A stretch of DNA of 64,000 nt from Negativicutes bacterium (GTDB lineage: Bacteria; Bacillota; Negativicutes; UBA1444). The DNA is taken from the NCBI GenBank assembly GCA_963665275.2, contig CAXXIN010000008.1, positions 1 through 64,000 of the forward strand. Reading direction: 5' to 3'. The notes under the pieces are model-generated. The model searched no databases, had not been told where the DNA came from, and saw only the letters and a list, made by a program, of their open reading frames with translations. This document shows positions 37,926-46,759 of the stretch, in pieces (positions within the stretch are counted from its first letter, which is position 1; every line of letters starts with the position of its first letter). The position numbers and the translations under genes were made by a program.

Positions 37926-39227
37926 TCATTCCGTCAGGAACAGACCCACCATGATTCGGTTAACCCACTTAATGCTTACGGAAAGCGGCGTCAAAACGCC
38001 CTTATAATACATCCACTCCAGTGAAAAGATGAAGAAATAGCCTATCAGCAAATCCTGCACCCAGCCGCGCCGCATCCGCGTCATACCGAGGAGCCTTTGT
38101 TGCGACTGTTCTCGTATCGTACTCATCAAGTCAATCATCTGGGCAATTGTCCCCGTGTCAACATTGGCATCACCAACCGCCGATTCTCGCCATGAATTGT
38201 TTTTTCCCGCTTGCTGCATTTTTCTGACCAGTTCTGTTAGCGGGCGCAAATATTGATGATCGCGTTCTTCCAGCGAAACCAGGGTCGCCAGGTCTTCTTT
38301 CGACTTGTTCCACTTCAAATACAAGGGCAGCATGGTAATTCGCAAAAAAAAGTAGGACAGCAACATAACACACAGATTATAGATCTGGGTCAGCACCCAG
38401 ATATGCAATCCTGTAGCGTCCTGCGGTATTAGCTTAAACGCACCGCTCAGCACCGGCAAAGTAACATGCACCAGAACGAACGCATAAGCGCCCAACAAAA
38501 TCCAGGAAAACACAACCGCGAGACGGCTCCAGGCACTTGGGTGAACTTCCCCGTTTCCACCGGACATTGCAAGTCCGAATCCGCTCTGCAGTTCCGCCGG
38601 TCGGCGAAACGTGTAGAAAACCACTGAATCTTTTTGGATGCGGACACCGAGCACGCTGATGTTCCCAAGCAGAGGCGACTGCTTCTCCGGCCAGTCAACA
38701 TATAGACGAATCGTCCGCTTCACGCGCAATACAAACTGAAGTGATTCATAGGCCCAGGACCCTTTCCACCACAGGATCGCATAGATCAAGCGCGTCAGCA
38801 CAAACTCCAGAAAACACCGGAGATATCGATTGCGCCATTTCTCCACGGACAACCCGCGAATTTGAAAATCAATCGACGAAACACGTTGGTCATGCCAAAG
38901 ATCCATGATCAAAAACACCAGGGATACCTCGCCAAGCACCGGAACCTGCAGGCGAATTTCCACCATGCCATCCCCTGTGGCTTTCACCGACTCAAACCAG
39001 GATTGGCGGCATCCCAGCCAGTTATTGTGTTTAAGGATCTCAGTAATTTCGACGCTGGAAAACTCATATTCTCCACGCCGGATCCGCTCCAATATAGCCC
39101 GGGCCCGGGACGCAGCCGCATGATAATTCGGGCGGGGAGATACGGTGTGTTTTGCAGGCAGATGATCGACGGCGCGGAGAATTTCGCCAAACGCTTTGCC
39201 CCATCCTTTAAACAATTTCAACTGCAT
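37926..39227 (-). CDS. Hypothetical membrane protein
   Basis: 433-aa ORF with a GGGGG RBS and 3-4 hydrophobic segments in the C-terminal half. No family recognised. Confidence 0.65.
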   Translation of the reverse strand: MQLKLFKGWGKAFGEILRAVDHLPAKHTVSPRPNYHAAASRARAILERIRRGEYEFSSVEITEILKHNNWLGCRQSWFESVKATGDGMVEIRLQVPVLGEVSLVFLIMDLWHDQRVSSIDFQIRGLSVEKWRNRYLRCFLEFVLTRLIYAILWWKGSWAYESLQFVLRVKRTIRLYVDWPEKQSPLLGNISVLGVRIQKDSVVFYTFRRPAELQSGFGLAMSGGNGEVHPSAWSRLAVVFSWILLGAYAFVLVHVTLPVLSGAFKLIPQDATGLHIWVLTQIYNLCVMLLSYFFLRITMLPLYLKWNKSKEDLATLVSLEERDHQYLRPLTELVRKMQQAGKNNSWRESAVGDANVDTGTIAQMIDLMSTIREQSQQRLLGMTRMRRGWVQDLLIGYFFIFSLEWMYYKGVLTPLSVSIKWVNRIMVGLFLTE

Positions 39228-39316
39228 CCCCCCTTTGCCGTTCTCAGCGACGTATATATTTTACCATTGATAGCAAAAAACGGAACAGCACCTGCCGTTC
39301 CGTTCCCCTTGTTTTT

Positions 39317-39769
39317 TCAAAGGCTGCCGCAAGGAAGCTGATCCTGCGGTGGTACCTGAATTTTGCGCAAAGTATTAAGCCGCACCGACCGCTGTCCATT
39401 GGATGGCTGCTTCGCGCCTGTAGAATAGGCCAGGGCTCCGGGCCCATTATAGATCAATTCCGGGTCCCCTGCTTCAGACAATTTCATCACAACCAAATGC
39501 TGCGGAACCTGATCGCTACGCAACACAACGCTTTCGCCTTGCGCCGATTTGATCTGAACCAGCACCGCGTTATCACGGGTACGCGCGTTGTGGATCTTAC
39601 TGGATGCCGGCAAGAGCTCAAGGTCAAAGCGCTGGGCCGCCAGCACCTCGCATAAGCTTTCGACGATGTGCCCATCGGGGATGAAGCTCCTTTTAGGAAA
39701 AAGCTTGTCCAGTTCTGATGTCAGGGAATAAAATTGGCGGACCAGATGACCGACATTTGGGTTGGACAA
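39317..39769 (-). CDS. DUF6998-like protein (PD-(D/E)xK-like fold)
   Basis: FPKRSFIPDGHIV..EVLAA...LELLPAS...VQIK pattern recalled from this family. GAGG RBS; downstream hairpin at about 39277-39303. Confidence 0.6.
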   Translation of the reverse strand: MSNPNVGHLVRQFYSLTSELDKLFPKRSFIPDGHIVESLCEVLAAQRFDLELLPASSKIHNARTRDNAVLVQIKSAQGESVVLRSDQVPQHLVVMKLSEAGDPELIYNGPGALAYSTGAKQPSNGQRSVRLNTLRKIQVPPQDQLPCGSL

Positions 39770-39891
39770 AGCAACCTCAACTCCTTCAATGGGTACAGTA
39801 AGACATTAATAATGTTTGACAAAAATCGCATTTTCCCTCTGGACTATGGTCCTATTTATTAAATTTTTCAATCCTGGATTCGCCACCTCAT

Positions 39892-40578
39892 TCACGCCTG
39901 CCAATACTCTTCCGAGGGGAGTTCCATGATAGTCAACGGACCGCCCCAAGCAGCGCCCGTATCCAAAAAAATCTTGTGTTTCCTGATGACTGGTTTGGAA
40001 GAATCCTCTATATCCGGGAACAATTCGTAGCGGGCAAGATACTGGGTCGGCGTATGCCCCGTCACCACACAATGGGAATCTTCATATCCCAGAATATAGG
40101 GTTCCCTGATCCAGATCAGATCATGAAGGGATTGACGAGCGGGGGGGATTCCCGGTTGGAAGCCTGCATGCACGAACCGGTAGTCGCTTTCTTCATGCCA
40201 ACTGGGTAGCTTGCTCAAAAACTCCAGGTGGTCATCCAGCAACCCGGATCGATCCCGATAACTCGCAAGAGTAATTTCCCCACCGTTAGCGTACCACTGT
40301 TCAAGGGCATCCGCAGATAACGGTCCGCCTTTTCGATGTTTCAGCGCCTTTTGCATCATGTCCTCATGGTTCCCATACAACGCCACAACTCCCATTTCCA
40401 CGAGCCGCATAACTTCTGCTACAACCCGGTTCGATTCGGGGCCCCGATCAACATAGTCCCCCAGTAAAATGAGCCTGTCTTTGGTCGGATCATAGTGGGA
40501 CAGTTCCAAAACCTTGAGCATCTTGCCGAACTGTCCGTGAATATCTCCCATAACCAAAAGCCGCCGGTCTTCTCCCAA
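39892..40578 (-). CDS. PPP-family Ser/Thr/Tyr phosphatase-like metallophosphoesterase
   Basis: GDIHG, GDYVDRG, GNHE, VHAG, GHTP and DTG motifs. Start placed at TTG 40578. Confidence 0.88.
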   Translation of the reverse strand: MGEDRRLLVMGDIHGQFGKMLKVLELSHYDPTKDRLILLGDYVDRGPESNRVVAEVMRLVEMGVVALYGNHEDMMQKALKHRKGGPLSADALEQWYANGGEITLASYRDRSGLLDDHLEFLSKLPSWHEESDYRFVHAGFQPGIPPARQSLHDLIWIREPYILGYEDSHCVVTGHTPTQYLARYELFPDIEDSSKPVIRKHKIFLDTGAAWGGPLTIMELPSEEYWQA

Positions 40579-40720
40579 CGATTCCGCCGCCTTCCCGAAC
40601 GTAGCCGACCTCTTTTCTCTATCTTGATTTCGACACGTCGATGGCCCGCTCCTCCCCATGCGAAGAAAAGACTTGGTCGCTGCCCGCACCGCTTACGACA
40701 GCGACGTGCTGCAGGATAAA

Positions 40721-40756
40721 CAAACACCCCCGATCTCTTCAGATCGGGGGTGTTTG
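40721..40756 (-). terminator. Intrinsic terminator after flp
   Basis: CAAACACCCCCGATCT-CTTC-AGATCGGGGGTGTTTG inverted repeat. Confidence 0.8.
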
Positions 40757-40773
40757 CGGAATAGTTTTTTTAC

Positions 40774-40974
40774 TCAATTTGCTGGTGCTGCTGCTCCTGC
40801 AGGAGTCAGCGCATTTGTGACCGCTTGGAACTGTGCCAGAACTTGTGGTCCGAGGAGAATGAGACCGCCCATGCCGACGATGGCAACCAGAGCCAAAATC
40901 AAACCATACTCAACCATACCCTGACCTTTTCTGTTTTCTAGAACCATTTTAAGCATTGTGAACATTGCGAACAT
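40774..40974 (-). CDS. flp: Flp/Fap family type IV (Tad) pilin
   Basis: Leader ..NRKGQG|MVEYGLILALVAIV carries the G|xxEY prepilin motif and a hydrophobic helix. GGAGG RBS. Confidence 0.92.
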   Translation of the reverse strand: MFAMFTMLKMVLENRKGQGMVEYGLILALVAIVGMGGLILLGPQVLAQFQAVTNALTPAGAAAPAN

Positions 40975-41139
40975 TGTGAAACCCTCCCTCATTTTTTTTG
41001 TTTATCGCCGCTTTGCGTTGCTTGCTTTCTGGCCTTATTGTAGCAAGCTAGAGAGAGGGTTCCAACGTACATAAGTCTTATTCATCGTAGGCATCCGGTC
41101 CTATTTTTCAACCGGGAACAAGGCCCCATGCGTTCTAGC

Positions 41140-42279
41140 TCAGGTTCCCAGCGGCAGGGTAACCATCACCCGCGTCCCCCGCCCGGGCGTAGACTTAATC
41201 GCCAATTTTCCTTCCAGCAGCTGCACCCGTTCCTGCATGCCCAGGATACCATAGTGCCCGGCGATTCGCTCCCCTTCGACAAAATCGAAGCCTTTGCCGT
41301 CATCTTCAATAATCGCCGTCACACCCGCTGGCGCAAACTCGAGTCTGACACGCACGCTGGATGCCTGAGCATGTTTCAAAACATTGCTCAAGGCTTCCTG
41401 AACCACCCGAAACATGCAGATCTCAACGTGGGGTTCGAGGCGTCTTTCTTTACCTGTTACTGCAATCTCGGTAAAAAGACCGTGTTGTTCGCGAAAAACG
41501 TCCAATATGCCGCGGATGGTCGGCGCAAGTCCCAGATCATCCAGCGCCATCGGACGCAAATCAAAGATGATTTTGCGGATTTCAGTCAGCGTGCTGCGGA
41601 TATGTTCCCGCAATGCCTTCAGCTCAGTCTTGGCGCGCTCGGAATCCGTATCAATCAGACGCTCACAGACCTCGGCCCGAAAAACGATGTTGGCGACCGC
41701 CTGAGCCGGTCCGTCGTGAATATCACGGGCAAGGCGACGACGCTCTTCTTCTTGGCTCCTGATGATTTGGGCTCCGATAAGTCGAGAATTTTGCATGGAT
41801 TCCATCTGCGCAAAGGCTTCGGTCATCCGATTCCCGAGATAGTCCAGCACCACTCCGACCTGCGAAACCAGTTGTTCAGCCTTTTCCACCGTACCGCACA
41901 AATTACGGAGCCGGACCTCCATCTCATCCCGCTGACGCCGCAAGTTTTGTTCCTGCTCCCGGGTCACCGCGACGTCAATTTGGATCTTGCGGGCTGCTTC
42001 ATAGGCCTGACGCACTTCCTCCTCGGTGCGAGTTTTGAAATCGCGGCTGACCTCCATCAGATGAATCCGAGCTTTGCGTTCGTCACGTTCCAATTCATCA
42101 ACTTTACGAATGATCTCCGCCGTTTCGTTTTTCACCCGCTCCACATCACGCTTTACATTTTCCATTTCCTCACGCGCCATTTCGTATACGTCATAAATTT
42201 GACCACGACCGTCACGAATACTGGAAATGGTGTTTTTTACAATTTTATCAAGGGTCTTGATATCAATATCCTGTATCAT
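41140..42279 (-). CDS. degS: DegS-like cytoplasmic sensor histidine kinase (DegS coiled coil + HisKA_3 + HATPase_c)
   Basis: No TM segments; long N-terminal coiled coil; H-box EERRRLARDIHDGPAQ; QEALSNVLKHA, IEDDGKGF, GILGMQERV and GTRV motifs. Confidence 0.9.
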   Translation of the reverse strand: MIQDIDIKTLDKIVKNTISSIRDGRGQIYDVYEMAREEMENVKRDVERVKNETAEIIRKVDELERDERKARIHLMEVSRDFKTRTEEEVRQAYEAARKIQIDVAVTREQEQNLRRQRDEMEVRLRNLCGTVEKAEQLVSQVGVVLDYLGNRMTEAFAQMESMQNSRLIGAQIIRSQEEERRRLARDIHDGPAQAVANIVFRAEVCERLIDTDSERAKTELKALREHIRSTLTEIRKIIFDLRPMALDDLGLAPTIRGILDVFREQHGLFTEIAVTGKERRLEPHVEICMFRVVQEALSNVLKHAQASSVRVRLEFAPAGVTAIIEDDGKGFDFVEGERIAGHYGILGMQERVQLLEGKLAIKSTPGRGTRVMVTLPLGT

Positions 42280-43250
42280 ACTTCAATATTCACAATGCGG
42301 CGGATAACAAAAATACCGATTACCTGACCCGCCAGCGCGACTCCCAGCATAATCTTGCCAATCGGGTGAACGAACAACACCCGAATATATTCAGGATTCA
42401 TTACAAAAATTACCACCCCCAATACCAGTGGCAGCAAGCTGATAACGATCCCCGAAATCCGGCCCTGCGCGGTCAGAGTTCGGATTTCACCCCGGATGCG
42501 GACACGTTCCCGAATAGTCCTGGCGATATTGTCGAGCACTTCGGAGAGATTACCACCGACCTGACGTTGGATCAACACGGCGGTCAGCACCAAATCCAGA
42601 TCTTCGGAGTTTATCCGCTTAGCCAGGTTTCCCAGCGCATTTTCCATGGTAACCCCCAAATTCATCTCCTTGACCGTGCGGGAAAACTCGGCAGAGATCG
42701 GGGGGCGCATTTCTTGAGCCACCATGTCAGCCGCCTGCATAAAACTATAACCGGTGCGAAGGGAATTGGCGATCAGAGTTAACGCGTCGCACAATTGACT
42801 ATTGAACGCCTTCATGCGCTTCGTTGTTTTGACGTTTACCAATACAAAAGGGAAAACGAAGCCAATCGCGGCGCCAATAGCTGCCACGATTCCTTTTCCG
42901 CCGCCGACAAGAAACAGCAGCATCGCCAATAGCAATGCAGATCCGCCGCACAAAACGACGAATTCTCCGCTACGAAGCGGCAGTCCAGCTCTTAGCATGC
43001 GGTTTTCCATCGATATTGTCCATCGGGGCGACTCTACGTACCGCCCCACATTTCGCAATAATCCGCGCAATCCACCCCGCTCGCCGTCCTGATAACCCAA
43101 AGACACAGAAGCGACTGGGCCCGGCGCGCCCTGAACAAGCTGGTCCAACCGGTCGCCAACGACGCGCTTTTCAGCGGTGTTCAGCTGATAGCCCAGTAAA
43201 ATCAGGGTTCCTAATATCAGAAAAACGCCAACAGATATCAGCAGAATCAT
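42276..43250 (-). CDS. tadB: Tad inner-membrane platform protein TadB (T2SSF family)
   Basis: FNSQLCDAL..IANSLRTGYS, IQRQVGGNLSEVLD and RTLTAQGR motifs. Confidence 0.92.
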   Translation of the reverse strand: MILLISVGVFLILGTLILLGYQLNTAEKRVVGDRLDQLVQGAPGPVASVSLGYQDGERGGLRGLLRNVGRYVESPRWTISMENRMLRAGLPLRSGEFVVLCGGSALLLAMLLFLVGGGKGIVAAIGAAIGFVFPFVLVNVKTTKRMKAFNSQLCDALTLIANSLRTGYSFMQAADMVAQEMRPPISAEFSRTVKEMNLGVTMENALGNLAKRINSEDLDLVLTAVLIQRQVGGNLSEVLDNIARTIRERVRIRGEIRTLTAQGRISGIVISLLPLVLGVVIFVMNPEYIRVLFVHPIGKIMLGVALAGQVIGIFVIRRIVNIEV

Positions 43251-43261
43251 GACGAGATCTC

Positions 43262-44470
43262 CTATCGGCCAAAAAATTTGAAACGCAGAGATGTTTTTTC
43301 GCCTGCATCCGCCGGTTCAGAGTCCGGTGGCGCAATAGCGGCAGCCAGCGACAAAATCCTCTGAGTCACGGAGGAGCCGGGACTTGCCAGTACAAAAGGG
43401 AACCCCTTGTTGATCGAGCTTACGACCGTCTTACCATCTGAAGGAATCGATACAGAAAAGTTTTTTTTCAAGGAAGCTTCGACTTCCTTCGTTTCAATGC
43501 CGCCTTCCGGATTATCCCGGTTCAATACCAACACCATTTTTTCTTCCTCATAACCGAAAGATTGCATGATTTCCATCGCAAGCTTGGTGTTTTTTACCGC
43601 TGGCAAGTCCAATGCCGCTACCAGCAGAACGTTATCCGCAGCATCAAGCGCTGCAATGGTGACCTCGCTGAAGGCAGAGGCCGTATCTATAATAATATAA
43701 TCGTAAGTGTTACGCAGTTGCTTAACCACCGAGCCAAGCAAAGCCCCTGTGACACTCTCCGCTTGCTCCGGTCGCAGCGGAGCCGCCAAAACCTGTAACT
43801 GCTCGTTATATTTCGTCATATAGGCTGCCAGAACCTTCGCCTCCAGCGGCCCTTTTTCGGCGGCAACATCGGCAATGGTAGTGCGTGGAAAAACATTCAG
43901 CACCAGCGACACATCGCCGAACTGGATGTCCGCATCCACGATTGCGACCTTGACTTGTCGGCGGGCGGCTAATGCGACGGCCAGGTTGGCGGCGATGGTG
44001 GTTTTTCCAACCCCACCCTTGCCGGAAAAAACACTGATTACTTTCCCAGGAGCTCTCGCGCCTGATTTTACCCGCAGAGCCTCTCGAACCTTCCGGTCGC
44101 GATTGTATGCGTCCTTGACGGCGTTGATCAGTTCATCCCCAGTGAACGGTTTTGTCAGATAGTTTTTGGCGCCTGCCATCATGGCGCGGCGCAAATACTC
44201 CTGTTCCCCTTGCACGCTCATGATAATGATTGACGTTTCCGGGACATCCACGCTCAACCGTTCTGTCGCCGCTATCCCGTCCATGCCCGGCATGTTGATA
44301 TCCATCAAAACGATGTCAGGGCGCAATTTCTTCGCTTGCGCCACTGCCTCTTCGCCGTTCCCGGCCTGTCCCACGGCCTCAATTTCGGGATGGAACTCCA
44401 TAAGTTTATTTATATTTTCGCGCGTTGCTGCGACATCATCAACGATTAGAACTCGGATTTTTTCGCTCAT
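43262..44470 (-). CDS. cpaE: CpaE/TadZ-like protein: receiver domain + MinD/ParA-type ATPase
   Basis: REC domain (IVDD, MDINMPGMDG, KPF) followed by GKGGVGKTT, DADIQFGDV and IIDT. Confidence 0.9.
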   Translation of the reverse strand: MSEKIRVLIVDDVAATRENINKLMEFHPEIEAVGQAGNGEEAVAQAKKLRPDIVLMDINMPGMDGIAATERLSVDVPETSIIIMSVQGEQEYLRRAMMAGAKNYLTKPFTGDELINAVKDAYNRDRKVREALRVKSGARAPGKVISVFSGKGGVGKTTIAANLAVALAARRQVKVAIVDADIQFGDVSLVLNVFPRTTIADVAAEKGPLEAKVLAAYMTKYNEQLQVLAAPLRPEQAESVTGALLGSVVKQLRNTYDYIIIDTASAFSEVTIAALDAADNVLLVAALDLPAVKNTKLAMEIMQSFGYEEEKMVLVLNRDNPEGGIETKEVEASLKKNFSVSIPSDGKTVVSSINKGFPFVLASPGSSVTQRILSLAAAIAPPDSEPADAGEKTSLRFKFFGR

Positions 44471-45728
44471 CCGTCTTCCCCCCTGCAGGGTTCTGATTCA
44501 AGTGGTCCTGCAACTCCTGTGACATTGGCGGCACCAGCGCCTTGGGATCAACAATCGTCGGAGTCACCAGAATGATTAGCTCCGACTCGCCTCTAGTGAA
44601 GCTCGTACTGCGGAACAGCTGTCCAATGACAGGCAGATCCCCCAGCAGCGGAATTTTGGTCACATCCCGGGTCATATCATTTGCAATCAGTCCGCCGATC
44701 GCCATCGTCTGGCCCGAGGCCAGAGCAATGGAAGTCTCCGCCCTGCGCATCCTGATCGGCGGGATAACTACATTAGCGCCGAGCTGCACCTTGTTGACCG
44801 AGTTCCATTCCAGAGCACTTACTTCGGCCTTGATGTTGCTGGTGATGATTCCATCCAGACTGGCTTCCGCTGTAATTTCGAGTTTGATGCCATAATCTTT
44901 CCAATCGATGGCGATTTGGCCATTCTGGTTGCTGGTGGGTACAGGAATCTGCCCCCCTACCAGCATGCTCGCTTTATCCCCGCTAAGCGTCACCATGTTC
45001 GGTTGTGAAAGTAACTTGGCGTAACCATTTTGAATCAGCAGGTTCAACTGCGCGTTGATCGGAGCGTACGTCCCAAAATTTCCAAAGGTATTTGGCGCCA
45101 AGGGATTGACCTGGCTTTGTCCGGCATAAAAGACGCCAGGGGTCGCAGAGTTGCCATTGCTGTAATATTGCAGCCCCAAGGTTTGTGTCTTAGCCCTGTT
45201 AATTTCTACGATCTTTGCTTCGATCCGTATCTGAACAGGTCTGGCGATTTCCAGCAGGTTGACCACTTTTTCGCCATACGCCCCGGCGATTTTTTCCGCA
45301 CGAACCCGCTGGTACTGATCGTTCACAGTCCCTTCCAGGATTACCGATTTATTGACTTTCACGACCCGAATGTCCGGGTATCCCAGAATTCGTTTAATTT
45401 CATTGGCGATGGCAGGATCATTAGCCGCAACCTCCACCTGGTAGGACTGCCTGCCCATACCGGACCAAACGATCAGGGTGGTGGTTCCTGTCTGCTTTCC
45501 CACCAGGATCAATTCCGAACTCGATACAACGACCACATCCGCCACATCGGGATTGGCAATCGCGGCTCTCTGAAGTCCATACAAAGTTACGGTTCTGGAT
45601 TGGCCAGCGCCAACTGTCATTTTATTTTGTGTTTGTGATGGGGCTTCCGCTTCGGCCGCAATGGTTCCAAGCGGCGACATGCCAATGAAAAGACACAGAA
45701 GAATGCCAACCCGCAGCAATTTTTTCAT
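44439..45728 (-). CDS. cpaC: Tad secretin CpaC/RcpA
   Basis: Signal peptide; pilus N-domain (IANPDVADV..GTTTLIVW); BON-like region; secretin motifs GGQIPVP, DYGIKL and KIPLLGDLPVIGQLFR..ELIILVTP. Confidence 0.92.
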   Translation of the reverse strand: MKKLLRVGILLCLFIGMSPLGTIAAEAEAPSQTQNKMTVGAGQSRTVTLYGLQRAAIANPDVADVVVVSSSELILVGKQTGTTTLIVWSGMGRQSYQVEVAANDPAIANEIKRILGYPDIRVVKVNKSVILEGTVNDQYQRVRAEKIAGAYGEKVVNLLEIARPVQIRIEAKIVEINRAKTQTLGLQYYSNGNSATPGVFYAGQSQVNPLAPNTFGNFGTYAPINAQLNLLIQNGYAKLLSQPNMVTLSGDKASMLVGGQIPVPTSNQNGQIAIDWKDYGIKLEITAEASLDGIITSNIKAEVSALEWNSVNKVQLGANVVIPPIRMRRAETSIALASGQTMAIGGLIANDMTRDVTKIPLLGDLPVIGQLFRSTSFTRGESELIILVTPTIVDPKALVPPMSQELQDHLNQNPAGGKTDERKNPSSNR

Positions 45729-45744
45729 GACGCTATCGCCTCCC

Positions 45745-46617
45745 TTACTCAATTTTGGTGCCCCGAATCACCATGATCCCAGGTACCGTCCTGGAATCAG
45801 AAGGTGGATGGGCGGATGGGGGCGTTGCGGCAGTGGCAGGTTTCGCCTGCTCTTTCCCCTGCTGCAGTGGCGACTTTTGTACCCCGACGAGATCTGTAGG
45901 CGTCACGGGTTGTTGGGCAATTATTTCGGTTTCCGGCAAAAACGGGCGCAACGAGAAGCGCAGTTTTCCTTTTTCTTCTGCCAGTGTCACCCGAGTTGCT
46001 TCGGACGGGGAAACGGCCAGTGTAACAGTTGCCAGCTTTACCACGGCTGCATCTTTGGGCGCGTCTTTTTTTGCGTCACGCTCCTGCGGAGCCTCAATAT
46101 CACGATTTACAGCCAATACCAGTACGTTTTGCAACAGGATCTGGCTGACATTGTCTCCTACTATCTGTTGATCGAAAGTCACGATTGCATCCACAAAATC
46201 TCCAGCCTTCAGGAGCCCGGCTACTCCGGTCACGTCAGAAACTGCTACAGTAAGCGCCCGCTTGCCGGCAGGAATCACTCCGGTAAACCCGGCCTGTTTC
46301 CCGGCCGTGAGCAAGCGGCGTTCCAACACCTGCTCCCCGGCGATGATCGCTTCCCGTGTTACAACGCCCACGACCTTGGACATTTCTCGCACTGCCCCAC
46401 CCTGGATATACTCCGACGGCAGCTGTGCTTCCTGGACCATTTCGGCAGTAATGCGGGTTTTGGGCGGGATATCTTTCCTGGCCGTTATAACGGTTGCCAA
46501 ATCCGATGGTACTGGTTGTTTTGAGCTTTCGCGCAAATAATTATAGACGAGAGCTGAAGTTACGAGACTTAGGCCCAGTGCGATCCCCACCAGCCCCTTG
46601 CTCGACAATTTTACCAC
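45745..46617 (-). CDS. cpaB: Flp pilus assembly protein CpaB/RcpC
   Basis: N-terminal TM, SAF domain, GKRALTV..GVAGLLKAGDFVD and VTLAVSP motifs. Confidence 0.92.
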   Translation of the reverse strand: MVKLSSKGLVGIALGLSLVTSALVYNYLRESSKQPVPSDLATVITARKDIPPKTRITAEMVQEAQLPSEYIQGGAVREMSKVVGVVTREAIIAGEQVLERRLLTAGKQAGFTGVIPAGKRALTVAVSDVTGVAGLLKAGDFVDAIVTFDQQIVGDNVSQILLQNVLVLAVNRDIEAPQERDAKKDAPKDAAVVKLATVTLAVSPSEATRVTLAEEKGKLRFSLRPFLPETEIIAQQPVTPTDLVGVQKSPLQQGKEQAKPATAATPPSAHPPSDSRTVPGIMVIRGTKIE

Positions 46618-46759
46618 CGGATCTCCCCCTCAATGCCGCGTTCGTGGTTTCATTTTACAGGGCCCCCGCTGAAACCTCAATAGACCTGAAGTTTCTAATA
46701 GTCCATCTTCGGTCTCATTTTTCATAGGACCTCTGTCCCCTCTTCGATCCGGGGTTCGA

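Noticed and set aside
41128-42327. 399-aa plus-strand ORF opposite the DegS-like gene
   Set aside because: Antisense shadow; the minus-strand product has all the kinase motifs.
46618-46759. c-di-GMP riboswitch upstream of cpaB (also checked upstream of flp)
   Set aside because: I could not find the GEMM-I core or a class II pseudoknot by eye. An Infernal scan would settle it.
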